DNA of 64,000 bases from a virus: positions 55,467 to 119,466 of IMG/VR virus record IMGVR_UViG_3300032073_000003; one strand, given 5' to 3'. Made by a program: the position numbers and the translations under genes. This document shows positions 10,404 to 18,820 of the stretch, piece after piece. Numbering within the stretch: the stretch's first letter is position 1; each line of letters starts with the position of its first letter. The notes under the pieces are model-generated. The model ran no database searches. It was not told where the DNA came from and saw nothing but the letters and a program-made list of their open reading frames with translations.

Positions 10404-12545
10404 TTAAGGTGTGTCTGTAACTCTGTCTACTGATTCCATATTGTAACTCAAAGCGTCATTATATGAATTAGGTGCATTGCCTACTCTGTCCTCAATAGTC
10501 ATTGCATTTGAGATACCACCACCACTATAATTAGGTGCTTCACCTACTAAAGAATCTACTGTCATTGCATTTGATGTTCCGTTATTACTTCCTACGTTAT
10601 CAGGTACTGTCCAATCAGTTCCGTTGAATGAAGCATCTTCACCCATTCTGTACCAATAATCTGGGGAAAGACTTGTCAAGTCATTAGGAACTCCACCATT
10701 ATATATGCTAGACAAGTTAGCTGATTGGTCGTTATCCCATACTGCAAATTCATCAATGCTGCCATTAAATCCTGGGAATGTACCTCCTCCTCTATTACCT
10801 ATATATCTTAAAGCTCCGTTATACAAACCTCCTACCCTTTTATATCTAGAATCAGTTGTGGAATTTACTTCGTTAGCTCCATCTGTAAAACATCTTATTG
10901 TTTGGTCAGCACCATCTGGATTGAAAATAATTAATATGTGATGCCAGTCACCATCTAAGACATTACTAGAAAGTAAATGATAAACATTGTTTATGTTTCT
11001 CCAATAGAGGCTACTGTTTTGAGCAGTCCAAAGAGTGTGTAAGTTGTAAGAATCGGCACTAAATAAATTTTTTGCTCCTGGTGCTTGAGCGCTTCCTTTT
11101 ATCCAAAAGGAAAAGGTAAACTGACTGCCATTAGCTACAGTAGAGCTTGCCCCTAAGTCTATATAGTCATCTATTCCGTCAAAAGCAAAACTCCTTTTAC
11201 TGTAATTAGTTAATGCTGAATTGTCAACTAACCAATTACTTGTAAAGTTAGCTTCTTCTCCCATTTTATAGTGTGCTACTGCTCCGCTTGGTAGTGTTGT
11301 AGGTTCTCCGCTACCATCCCATAAATCACCAATAGGAATAACAGAATTGAAAATTGAAACTTCGTCAATATTTCCATTGAATAAATAACTCGGCAATGAT
11401 GTTGGTTCTGAGAAACAACCGATAGTTAAAGTTCCACTTCCATAACTTAAAATAGATGTGCCAGCCGAAGGACTCCCAACTGCAACCCCATCGACATACA
11501 AGATAACTTCACTACCATCGTAAGTACCTACTAAATGATGCCAATTATTATCTAATACTACTCCACTCGTTGCGCTTGTAACTGTTCCCGTAACATCTGT
11601 TTTTATTGCAAATACTACTTTATTTAGTGCAGTAGTTACATAAAAACCATATGCATCCGCTCCTCCAGTTGGTCCGTCTTGACTGATTATCCTAGTGAAA
11701 GCAGAATTTGCGGAACCTTTTATCCAACAGCTTACCGTTATAATGTTTGGTTTTAATGCCGCGCTATTTCCACAATCTACATAGTCATCCACTCCATCAA
11801 ACTCAAAACTATAATTTGAAACTTTGTCTTTGTTCTCATTGTTAGGTAGTAACCACTGTGGTGACTTGTAATCCCCATTATCTCCCATTCTGTACCAAGC
11901 TACTGGAGAAAGTGGTGTTAAGTCTGTTGCCTTTCCACCATTGTAGATAGCTAAAGCATTCTCAGAAGAAAGTTCTGTATTAAAAATAGCCCATTCATCT
12001 TGTTTGCCAGCGTAAAAATTACTTGCAAAATTATTACCGCTTATATAAGCAGCCTGAGAAACTTGAATAGTGCTGTTTTGTAAATTATCTTGTGTTATTG
12101 TAATAGCTTGACTCACTCCATTTTTATAAATGGTTATACCACTTGCTAAACCACTACCGTCATAAGTTACTACTACGTTAGTCCAAACGTTTGGAGGTAT
12201 AACAGAACCAGTTCTAGTTATTATTCTTTTCCTTGTGGAGGTAGAACCACTATTTGTATTGTATAGGTTAAAATATAAAAAATTATCACCAGTTCCGGGG
12301 GAATTAAGATACATTAAAATACCTCTACCACTAGCGTATTTAGTAAATAAATAATCACTACCATTAACTGCATCGGGGTTTACCCAAAAGGAATAAGAAA
12401 AAGCATCTGTATATTCAAAGTTAATTCCATTGCCTATATCAACATATTCATCCACTCCATCAAATGCAAGTGAATATGTATTGCTGAAAGAGGATGCTGG
12501 AATAGCAATATTAAATGGACTATTTAGAGCTCTTGTTGCTTTCAT
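10404..12545 (-). CDS. Tail-associated protein with three LamG (concanavalin A-like) domains
   Basis: Three repeats starting FxFDGxDxYxD and ending W/HY(R/K)MG, with W-H/N...TYDGS and IDE motifs. Confidence 0.85.
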   Translation of the reverse strand: MKATRALNSPFNIAIPASSFSNTYSLAFDGVDEYVDIGNGINFEYTDAFSYSFWVNPDAVNGSDYLFTKYASGRGILMYLNSPGTGDNFLYFNLYNTNSGSTSTRKRIITRTGSVIPPNVWTNVVVTYDGSGLASGITIYKNGVSQAITITQDNLQNSTIQVSQAAYISGNNFASNFYAGKQDEWAIFNTELSSENALAIYNGGKATDLTPLSPVAWYRMGDNGDYKSPQWLLPNNENKDKVSNYSFEFDGVDDYVDCGNSAALKPNIITVSCWIKGSANSAFTRIISQDGPTGGADAYGFYVTTALNKVVFAIKTDVTGTVTSATSGVVLDNNWHHLVGTYDGSEVILYVDGVAVGSPSAGTSILSYGSGTLTIGCFSEPTSLPSYLFNGNIDEVSIFNSVIPIGDLWDGSGEPTTLPSGAVAHYKMGEEANFTSNWLVDNSALTNYSKRSFAFDGIDDYIDLGASSTVANGSQFTFSFWIKGSAQAPGAKNLFSADSYNLHTLWTAQNSSLYWRNINNVYHLLSSNVLDGDWHHILIIFNPDGADQTIRCFTDGANEVNSTTDSRYKRVGGLYNGALRYIGNRGGGTFPGFNGSIDEFAVWDNDQSANLSSIYNGGVPNDLTSLSPDYWYRMGEDASFNGTDWTVPDNVGSNNGTSNAMTVDSLVGEAPNYSGGGISNAMTIEDRVGNAPNSYNDALSYNMESVDRVTDTP

Positions 12546-12547
12546 TA

Positions 12548-12808
12548 TTATACTATTTCTTCAATAGGTTGACTCCATTCAAGAGTAGACATTAATTCTA
12601 ATATTGCGTGATGATCATAAGTACCTACCGGAACAACAGTATTATCCATTATGAAAGTTGGAGTATAACCATCTTCCCACTTAATAACAAACTGCGTATC
12701 GTCTAAAGATTTTCTAATAGTAGATGCTGAACTTTGTGCTACTTGGCTAAAGTCTATTAAGCTAATATCTGTTAAGTTAATTACTGCGTATGTTTTTGTA
12801 TTATGCAT
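12548..12808 (-). CDS. Small protein between LamG tail proteins
   Basis: 86 aa ORF tightly packed between the two LamG genes. Confidence 0.55.
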   Translation of the reverse strand: MHNTKTYAVINLTDISLIDFSQVAQSSASTIRKSLDDTQFVIKWEDGYTPTFIMDNTVVPVGTYDHHAILELMSTLEWSQPIEEIV

Positions 12809-12826
12809 TTTTATATTTTTTTAAAA

Positions 12827-13639
12827 TTATGTTGGAACATCTGTTTCAATACGACTTGCTGTCATATTAATCATTGTACCGTCATTACTATTAATACCAT
12901 GATCAATAATTGTTGGAAAAGTATCTCCATCTCCCATTCTCCACCAATTAGATGGGCTTAAAGATGATATGTCATTAGGAACACCAGTTCCATAAATTGA
13001 AGTTACATCTGCTTGAGTTAATGAACTATTAAATATAGCAAATTCATCAATATTTCCACTATAGGTTCTAAAGTCATTTCCAGCATTTCCTCCTATAACT
13101 CCGTTAAAGTATCCAGTTCCTAATGTTGTAGGAAAATCAGTACCTGTTTGCTCTGGTGGAAAAAGTTCAAACGATAAAGTAACAGGACCTCCATTAATGT
13201 AAAGTTTAATCTTATCTGAATTTGTTAATCCAGCACCATCAAAAACAAATGCATAATGAAACCACGACCCATCTGTTATAAATGAAGGTAAAGATGCTTT
13301 AGGATAATAAGCTTCAAAACTACCAAAAGAGCCTCCAAATAACCTAAACATTAACCCTCTAGTATTGAGAAATTGGATAACCAAAATACCACTACCACCT
13401 TGGTTTGGACCTGTAGAAAGCTGAGTAGCCATTAAAAATCTTGAATTTAAAAAACCATTTGGTTCAGTACCCTCATATTTACACCAACCTGAAAAACTAG
13501 CATTTGAAGCTCCATCTAATGCGGATAAATTACCTACACTAATATAATCATCAGTATTATTGAAATATATACTTTTACTACTAGAAAAAGGTTCTGCTAT
13601 TTCTATTTCAAAATTGTTATTTCCTCTTTGGATAAACAT
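12827..13639 (-). CDS. Single-LamG-domain tail-associated protein
   Basis: SIYFNNTDDYISVG...WFHYAFVFDG...IDEFAIF...WWRMGDG. Confidence 0.85.
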   Translation of the reverse strand: MFIQRGNNNFEIEIAEPFSSSKSIYFNNTDDYISVGNLSALDGASNASFSGWCKYEGTEPNGFLNSRFLMATQLSTGPNQGGSGILVIQFLNTRGLMFRLFGGSFGSFEAYYPKASLPSFITDGSWFHYAFVFDGAGLTNSDKIKLYINGGPVTLSFELFPPEQTGTDFPTTLGTGYFNGVIGGNAGNDFRTYSGNIDEFAIFNSSLTQADVTSIYGTGVPNDISSLSPSNWWRMGDGDTFPTIIDHGINSNDGTMINMTASRIETDVPT

Positions 13640-14019
13640 TATAGTTCTCTATTGTCTATTAAAATTAAAGTATTAGCATCAAGCACTAAGAATCCTACGT
13701 CATTTAATGTACCTGGAGTAGTTGAAAATCCACCATTACCAGCATCTGTTACATAATAGTATTCTCCTACCGTATAACCATGTGCATTTGATACAAAAAA
13801 TCCAGTAGTCTGTACTTTTATAATATCAACACTAACTATCTCAGTTACAAACAATGCTTTTTGCTTATTAATATCTGTTGCATTTGAAGGAAGTAAATCA
13901 CCTGTAGTTGTGTCAATATATATAGCCATTAACTTATCTGTACCGGGCAGAATTAACCCATGAGCAACCTTAGTTATTGTTGCTGTTGTTGTATTTTTTC
14001 TTGTTACTGTTGCAAACAT
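13639..14019 (-). CDS. Putative virion structural protein
   Basis: 126 aa, T/G/V-rich, within the tail-fibre cluster. Confidence 0.5.
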   Translation of the reverse strand: MFATVTRKNTTTATITKVAHGLILPGTDKLMAIYIDTTTGDLLPSNATDINKQKALFVTEIVSVDIIKVQTTGFFVSNAHGYTVGEYYYVTDAGNGGFSTTPGTLNDVGFLVLDANTLILIDNREL

Positions 14020-14020
14020 A

Positions 14021-14608
14021 TTACGTAAGTATATCTACATACACTGTAGCAGAACCGTTACCATTGTAATCTATGTCTGGCAATGTATCATTGTTAAATT
14101 CAAAAGATTGTGACCAACCATCTGGTCTTACAACACTATTTATTGACCCTCCTGACCCATCTATAAAAATAGTTGCAGCTTTACTTCCTGCAGGTATTGT
14201 TCCTGCTCCTGTAGTAGAAGATGAGGTTAATGCTGTAGCAACTGAAGCTGTGTTAGCTTCAACTAGTAATTGAGTTGCTTCTGTAGCACCTCCTCCTCCT
14301 GTTATATAAGTTATAGTACATCCACTATAATCTGCAGGATCTGGAGTTGTGCTACCAGGTTCATAATATTGAACACTAGTGAATCCTCCGGTAACAGTAT
14401 CAAAAATTCTAATTTCAAGTCTTACTATATCTCCTGCTGGTGGAACTGGTCCAGAACAAGAAATATTTACTAATTCAGCCTCATATTCTTTCCCACCTGT
14501 TACAATAGAAGCAGCAATTTTATCTAACCCCAACAATACTTTATATTGCCAGGGCCAATTATTACCTTTGAGACCACTATTTTTTAAGTTCCCAATGCTA
14601 TTTGACAT
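14021..14608 (-). CDS. Putative tail fibre/structural protein
   Basis: 195 aa; N-terminus SIGNLKNSGLKGNNWPWQYKVL resembles crAss-like fibre N-termini; G/T/A-rich. Confidence 0.55.
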   Translation of the reverse strand: MSNSIGNLKNSGLKGNNWPWQYKVLLGLDKIAASIVTGGKEYEAELVNISCSGPVPPAGDIVRLEIRIFDTVTGGFTSVQYYEPGSTTPDPADYSGCTITYITGGGGATEATQLLVEANTASVATALTSSSTTGAGTIPAGSKAATIFIDGSGGSINSVVRPDGWSQSFEFNNDTLPDIDYNGNGSATVYVDILT

Positions 14609-14614
14609 AGTTTA

Positions 14615-14854
14615 TTATTTTATTACATGAACAGAACCGCCTGGTTTACTGTATAAATCTCCTACTTTTAATCCAGCTGCTAAAGCTGCAGTATCATCTG
14701 CATATTCTCTAGAGGATATTAGGGATCCAGAATCTAGTAAAAATTTCTTTACTGATCTGTTAAGATATTGGTACATTTGAGTCAGTTTAGATCTGTACTC
14801 AGGCATAGTACCTGTTGCATTATCTGCATTTTCAAATTCTTTTAAAGTTGCCAT
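14615..14854 (-). CDS. Small structural protein with a fibre-type C-terminal motif
   Basis: YADDTAALAAGLKVGDLY motif, typical of phage fibre C-termini. Confidence 0.5.
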   Translation of the reverse strand: MATLKEFENADNATGTMPEYRSKLTQMYQYLNRSVKKFLLDSGSLISSREYADDTAALAAGLKVGDLYSKPGGSVHVIK

Positions 14855-14875
14855 GGTATAAATTTTAATTAGTTA

Positions 14876-14883
14876 CAAATATA
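14876..14883 (-). promoter_or_regulatory. Bacteroidota sigma70-type -7 box (TATATTTG)
   Basis: 22 nt upstream of the ATG at 14854, just past a terminator. Confidence 0.6.
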
Positions 14884-14905
14884 ATATACAAAAAAATATT
14901 GAAAT

Positions 14906-14937
14906 AAAAAAATCCCTAGACTCTCATCTAAGGATTT
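14906..14937 (-). terminator. Intrinsic terminator after groES-like gene
   Basis: Minus strand AAATCCTTAGA-TGAGAG-TCTAGGGATTT plus T run. Confidence 0.7.
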
Positions 14938-14963
14938 ATATTCATAAACTTAATTATATTAAG

Positions 14964-15242
14964 TTACCATACAATTGCTATAGCTGTATCAGGAATTAAT
15001 ATTCTCATTTTCCCATCAATTTCTATTTTTTCTCCAGACTCTAGTGCATATGATTGAGCATATACCATATCTCCTTTTTTAAGTTTTTCTACTTCATTTC
15101 CTACTGCAAATACTTCTAATTTTTCCCATTTTTTCATAGCTGCTGCCATAATTGCTTCTTCATCTTGTGCAGAAATTTCAATTTTAGACTTTTTTAAATC
15201 TGGAATTGTAATTAAAACTCTTTTACCTCTTAAACTCTTCAT
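14964..15242 (-). CDS. groES: GroES-like co-chaperonin
   Basis: 92 aa; L-x-G-x-RVLI, mobile-loop region, VFAVG...LKKGDMV...IEIDG...I-A-I pattern. Confidence 0.75.
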   Translation of the reverse strand: MKSLRGKRVLITIPDLKKSKIEISAQDEEAIMAAAMKKWEKLEVFAVGNEVEKLKKGDMVYAQSYALESGEKIEIDGKMRILIPDTAIAIVW

Positions 15243-15259
15243 GTAATAGTTTTTTTAAG

Positions 15260-15463
15260 TTATGCTTCATAACTTTGATTTGACATAATAGGTTCTTCTA
15301 CTGTTGCATTATCTACAGAAGGATGGCTATCTTTTAATATTAACTCTAATTTTATTTTTTCTAATAATCCTACTAAAGCTAGATTACCATAAGCTTCATC
15401 TTTTACTTTAACTTCTAATCCTTCTTGTTTTACCTCGATAGATAATAATACTGTATTCTCCAT
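15260..15463 (-). CDS. Hypothetical protein
   Basis: ORF; ATG at 15463 preferred because a -7 box lies 22 nt upstream. Confidence 0.55.
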   Translation of the reverse strand: MENTVLLSIEVKQEGLEVKVKDEAYGNLALVGLLEKIKLELILKDSHPSVDNATVEEPIMSNQSYEA

Positions 15464-15484
15464 ATATTTATTTTTTATTTTATA

Positions 15485-15492
15485 CAAATATA
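15485..15492 (-). promoter_or_regulatory. Bacteroidota sigma70-type -7 box (TATATTTG)
   Basis: Third identical copy, 22 nt upstream of the ATG at 15463. Confidence 0.6.
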
Positions 15493-15611
15493 TAAATTTT
15501 ATTTATTTAAACTATAAAACTTTAAGTGTATTAATTATATATAGTGATAAAAATATAAGAAGTAAATAAAGACCTAATACTAGCCATTTTCCATTTTTTA
15601 TATCGTCCTTA

Positions 15612-16409
15612 TTATTTTTCACCGCTTAACATTCTATATTGTAATAAATCTTGATACGTTTTATTGTTAATTTTAAATGGTTGACGACAATCTTTTTCTC
15701 TACAACGCATAAAATGCTGTATTGTTCCAGCAGTTGTAGTATATGTTTTATTAATGCCTACATAATTAGATCCACATTCTGGACATCCATATTTAGGACC
15801 CCCTCTAGCTACTGAATAATTAAATTTATTTCTAGCATATGGTCTAAGCTTTTTATATATTTCCTCTAAGGTCACCACATCTCCATCACAATATTTATGC
15901 ATATGAGCTAACGCTTTAGGATCTTTTTTAAATATTATATTCATCCAAGTTTCTATCCCACCCGGATCTAACTTTAATGTTAATCCAAAATACTTAGCTA
16001 CTTCAGCTAGTTTATTAGACGGGAGGCTTAAATACTTCTTACACATTTTTAAAGTATCTATCATAACATAAGTATCTCGCATTTCTAACCCATGAAACAA
16101 AGCTCTAGTACGTATCCATTTAATATCAAACCTATCTCCATTATGAGCTACTATCTCATCTGCTTTATCTAATACTTTAATAAATTTCTCTATTAACTCT
16201 TTATCGCATTGTTTATTTAAACCCCAATCTAAATGATGCACCTTCTTAAGTCCTTCCCATTTCCAAGAGATAGTCATTATCTGAGCATAATTAATAATCT
16301 GATGTGGTAATATATTTTGGTTATAACCAGGTTTCCAAAAATGACCTTCGCAAAATGATGTCTCAATATCATAGAACAATCTCTTTCTAGATCTTCCTTT
16401 AGTTCTCAT
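15612..16409 (-). CDS. DEDD (RNase H-like/YprB-like) 3'-5' exonuclease with C-terminal Zn ribbon
   Basis: FYDIETS, AHNGDRFD, IDTL, YCDGDV motifs; CPECGS...C...C; ATG at 16409. Confidence 0.85.
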   Translation of the reverse strand: MRTKGRSRKRLFYDIETSFCEGHFWKPGYNQNILPHQIINYAQIMTISWKWEGLKKVHHLDWGLNKQCDKELIEKFIKVLDKADEIVAHNGDRFDIKWIRTRALFHGLEMRDTYVMIDTLKMCKKYLSLPSNKLAEVAKYFGLTLKLDPGGIETWMNIIFKKDPKALAHMHKYCDGDVVTLEEIYKKLRPYARNKFNYSVARGGPKYGCPECGSNYVGINKTYTTTAGTIQHFMRCREKDCRQPFKINNKTYQDLLQYRMLSGEK

Positions 16410-16745
16410 GTGTTGATTATTGGTTAACAATTGAAGCTAAACTTTTGAACAAACTCTTAAGCTTCTTTAACATTGATTTATAATAATATACAAAAAAAAG
16501 ATGAGGATTGCAAAAGTACTACTTCTGTAGGAGGGTTATTACCCCCTCTGTGGTATCATCCATATTTCTAAACTATATATTTCAAGTTGTATACTTTAGG
16601 TTGTGGTGAGGCCTTAATAAAATGATCCCGGGGTCTGCCAACAAGTTGGTCACCCCCCTTTGTTCTACAAGATCATTTTTCATATTTGCTCATACAAATC
16701 TTTTTTTTCTGCTGGCAAAAAAACATCTGCCTGAACAAACAACAG

Positions 16746-16759
16746 CTAACCCTGAACTG
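16746..16759 (+). promoter_or_regulatory. Repeated early-promoter candidate CTAACCCTnnACTR, copy 1
   Basis: CTAACCCTgaACTG, 40 nt before the ATG at 16786. Confidence 0.6.
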
Positions 16760-16785
16760 GCATAGTAACCATTAACATTAATACT

Positions 16786-17097
16786 ATGAAATTTATCAGA
16801 GACAAATTTATAACAGATAATGTCTTTATCTGTTTACAAGAAAATGAACGCTTTGTCACATTTTATTGTGCCAAACACAAACCTTTCACCAAACCTGTTG
16901 GTTATGTTGAAAGAATGTTTGACATTCCTGAGTTTAAGAACTCGGAATTTCATACTAAAGATGCAGAGGATGAATCCTCTCACATCTGTTTTACCATATC
17001 ATATAAGTATTGGACTGGGTCCAAACTTGATGATAACGGTAAACCGTATCAAAATCTCTCAATCAAAGATTGGGATTTTATGGAAGAAGACTCTTAG
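16786..17097 (+). CDS. Early hypothetical protein
   Basis: 103 aa ORF between promoter motif and terminator. Confidence 0.7.
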   Translation: MKFIRDKFITDNVFICLQENERFVTFYCAKHKPFTKPVGYVERMFDIPEFKNSEFHTKDAEDESSHICFTISYKYWTGSKLDDNGKPYQNLSIKDWDFMEEDS

Positions 17098-17111
17098 TCT
17101 TCTTTTTTTTT
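17084..17111 (+). terminator. Intrinsic terminator
   Basis: AAGAAGAC-TCTTA-GTCTTCTT plus T run, overlapping the stop codon. Confidence 0.7.
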
Positions 17112-17145
17112 CCTTGTACAAATAACTTGATTTCCCTCTCTTTTG

Positions 17146-17159
17146 CTAACCCTTCACTG
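17146..17159 (+). promoter_or_regulatory. Early-promoter candidate, copy 2
   Basis: CTAACCCTtcACTG, 41 nt before the ATG at 17187. Confidence 0.6.
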
Positions 17160-17186
17160 ACACTGTATAACTAAAAAACAGATATT

Positions 17187-17564
17187 ATGGTACAAGAAAC
17201 TAAATGCATTAACATTGACGGCAATCAGGTAATAGACTTAACTCCTGATTATAACAGACCACTAGCACTGGTTGACTTAACAGTTCTTAATAAACTTACT
17301 GATTTACTACCTAAAGGAAACTTTACTAGTATCAGACATGGTTTAAGAGGACAAATAATGGATACTAATAACTTACAGGAACTTGTAAAGGTTGCTGAAG
17401 ACTTTGTTACATTTCACAATTCCGTAAACCTCATAAGAGAGGTAAGCTCACGTGAACTGAACACAAAGGAACAGGAAACTACAGAACCTAAAGTTATTGG
17501 TAAAATAGACCTAGGAAACTTGGACAATAATTCTTATGAAAAGAATGAATCATTTGCTCCTTGA
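17187..17564 (+). CDS. Early hypothetical protein
   Basis: 125 aa ORF in a promoter-gene-terminator cassette. Confidence 0.7.
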   Translation: MVQETKCINIDGNQVIDLTPDYNRPLALVDLTVLNKLTDLLPKGNFTSIRHGLRGQIMDTNNLQELVKVAEDFVTFHNSVNLIREVSSRELNTKEQETTEPKVIGKIDLGNLDNNSYEKNESFAP

Positions 17565-17587
17565 TTAGGATTACTAACAATTAACTG

Positions 17588-17619
17588 GAGACATGTTACT
17601 AATAAAGGTAACATGTTTC
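17588..17619 (+). terminator. Terminator-like hairpin
   Basis: GAGACATGTTAC / GTAACATGTTTC, 12-bp stem, followed by pyrimidine-rich sequence. Confidence 0.65.
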
Positions 17620-17645
17620 TTGTTTCTTATAATCCCTTTTTTTTT

Positions 17646-17659
17646 CTAACCCTCAACTA
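17646..17659 (+). promoter_or_regulatory. Early-promoter candidate, copy 3
   Basis: CTAACCCTcaACTA, 49 nt before the ATG at 17695. Confidence 0.6.
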
Positions 17660-17694
17660 GACTTGTTAACATATAAACTAATAACTTAAACATT

Positions 17695-18132
17695 ATGGCA
17701 AATTTAAAAGCTACAAGAAGTGGAAACTATGTACGTAAAGATGGTGACCACAAAGGCAAAACATTCTTTACGTATGACATAACTGGGTCTAAAGAAGACA
17801 TGAAGAAATTCACTGATTCCCCAAACTTTAAACTGTATCCAAGACACAGTGCAACTGGAGTACCACAGATACATACAATGTACATGGACCCGTTACGTAA
17901 ACAGAATCCACTGTATCAGAAACAAGATGGCAGCTTTACGTTGGACCAATCTGAGACAAGAGATGACTTGGGAGTGTTACAAGCACTGAGAGAACAGGCA
18001 CCTGAATTGGTTGCAGGTTTCACAGCCGTGGTACTGGAAAAGTCATTTGGAACACCAAAGGCTACAAGTATGCTTGCACCTGAACCTGTAACTGTAACAG
18101 GTAAAGAGGCAGACTTGACTGACGTGAGCTAG
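17695..18132 (+). CDS. Early hypothetical protein
   Basis: 145 aa ORF, relatively GC-rich for this genome. Confidence 0.75.
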   Translation: MANLKATRSGNYVRKDGDHKGKTFFTYDITGSKEDMKKFTDSPNFKLYPRHSATGVPQIHTMYMDPLRKQNPLYQKQDGSFTLDQSETRDDLGVLQALREQAPELVAGFTAVVLEKSFGTPKATSMLAPEPVTVTGKEADLTDVS

Positions 18133-18145
18133 ATTACTAGAACAA

Positions 18146-18176
18146 TAACAGGATACATATAACGTGTATCTTGTTA
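18146..18176 (+). terminator. Terminator-like hairpin
   Basis: TAACAGGATACAT / GTGTATCTTGTTA, 13-bp stem with two G-U pairs. Confidence 0.65.
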
Positions 18177-18200
18177 CTTGTTTCACAATCCTCTTTTTTT

Positions 18201-18214
18201 CTAACCCTCTACTA
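18201..18214 (+). promoter_or_regulatory. Early-promoter candidate, copy 4 (no ORF directly downstream)
   Basis: CTAACCCTctACTA; followed by a CAACAC-TAAA-GTGTTG hairpin and T run. Confidence 0.5.
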
Positions 18215-18595
18215 GAACTGTATGCAACACTAAAGTGTTGTGTTTTTTTGTAATGTGATTAGTATTAAGTATAATACTATTGTATATTGCAAAGGGTTAC
18301 AGAGTTATTTCTATAGAAGTAGTAGAGTATTGGTTACTCCATACAAATAACAAAATGTAATTCATTGATATTTAATGTTTTAGTCACATGTCTACAGTAC
18401 GTGGAGACAAATAAATTAAATACTCTAAATAATTAACAGAAAACACTAAGTTTTTAGTGTTAATGTGTGTGTTATAGTGTTATTGAGTGCTAAACTACTC
18501 CACTATCTATACTCTTGTGTAAACTTACATAAATACCTTAAAACATCTATTACTATTAATATATATAGCTAACTTATAACTAAATACAAGAAATT

Positions 18596-18820
18596 ATGAA
18601 ACAGATTACTTACTATGGTATTGGTGATATAATACCTTTAAAGCTTATTCAGTCTATTAATGATTACTATAATGAAGTAGGAATTAATAGCTTCTGGGAT
18701 TTTATTTATCATGGAGGTTTCCCAGAATATGTAGAAGCGTATATTCATCCGTCTGATGATATGCGTGATACTCCAATGTTTAACGAAATACAACAAGCAT
18801 ATATTAGTGCTTATGTATAG
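18596..18820 (+). CDS. Hypothetical protein
   Basis: 74 aa ORF with an A-rich translation start region. Confidence 0.6.
   Translation: MKQITYYGIGDIIPLKLIQSINDYYNEVGINSFWDFIYHGGFPEYVEAYIHPSDDMRDTPMFNEIQQAYISAYV

Noticed and set aside
8497-14608. Diversity-generating retroelement in the tail/LamG genes
   Set aside because: No reverse transcriptase and no TR/VR pair differing only at adenines was seen.
15512-15622. Possible 36-aa hydrophobic GTG-start ORF on the minus strand
   Set aside because: Very short and AT-rich with a non-ATG start; cannot be distinguished from chance.
16746-17653. Exact 400- and 500-nt spacing between promoter-motif copies
   Set aside because: The fourth interval is 555 nt and spacing follows gene length; a coincidence.
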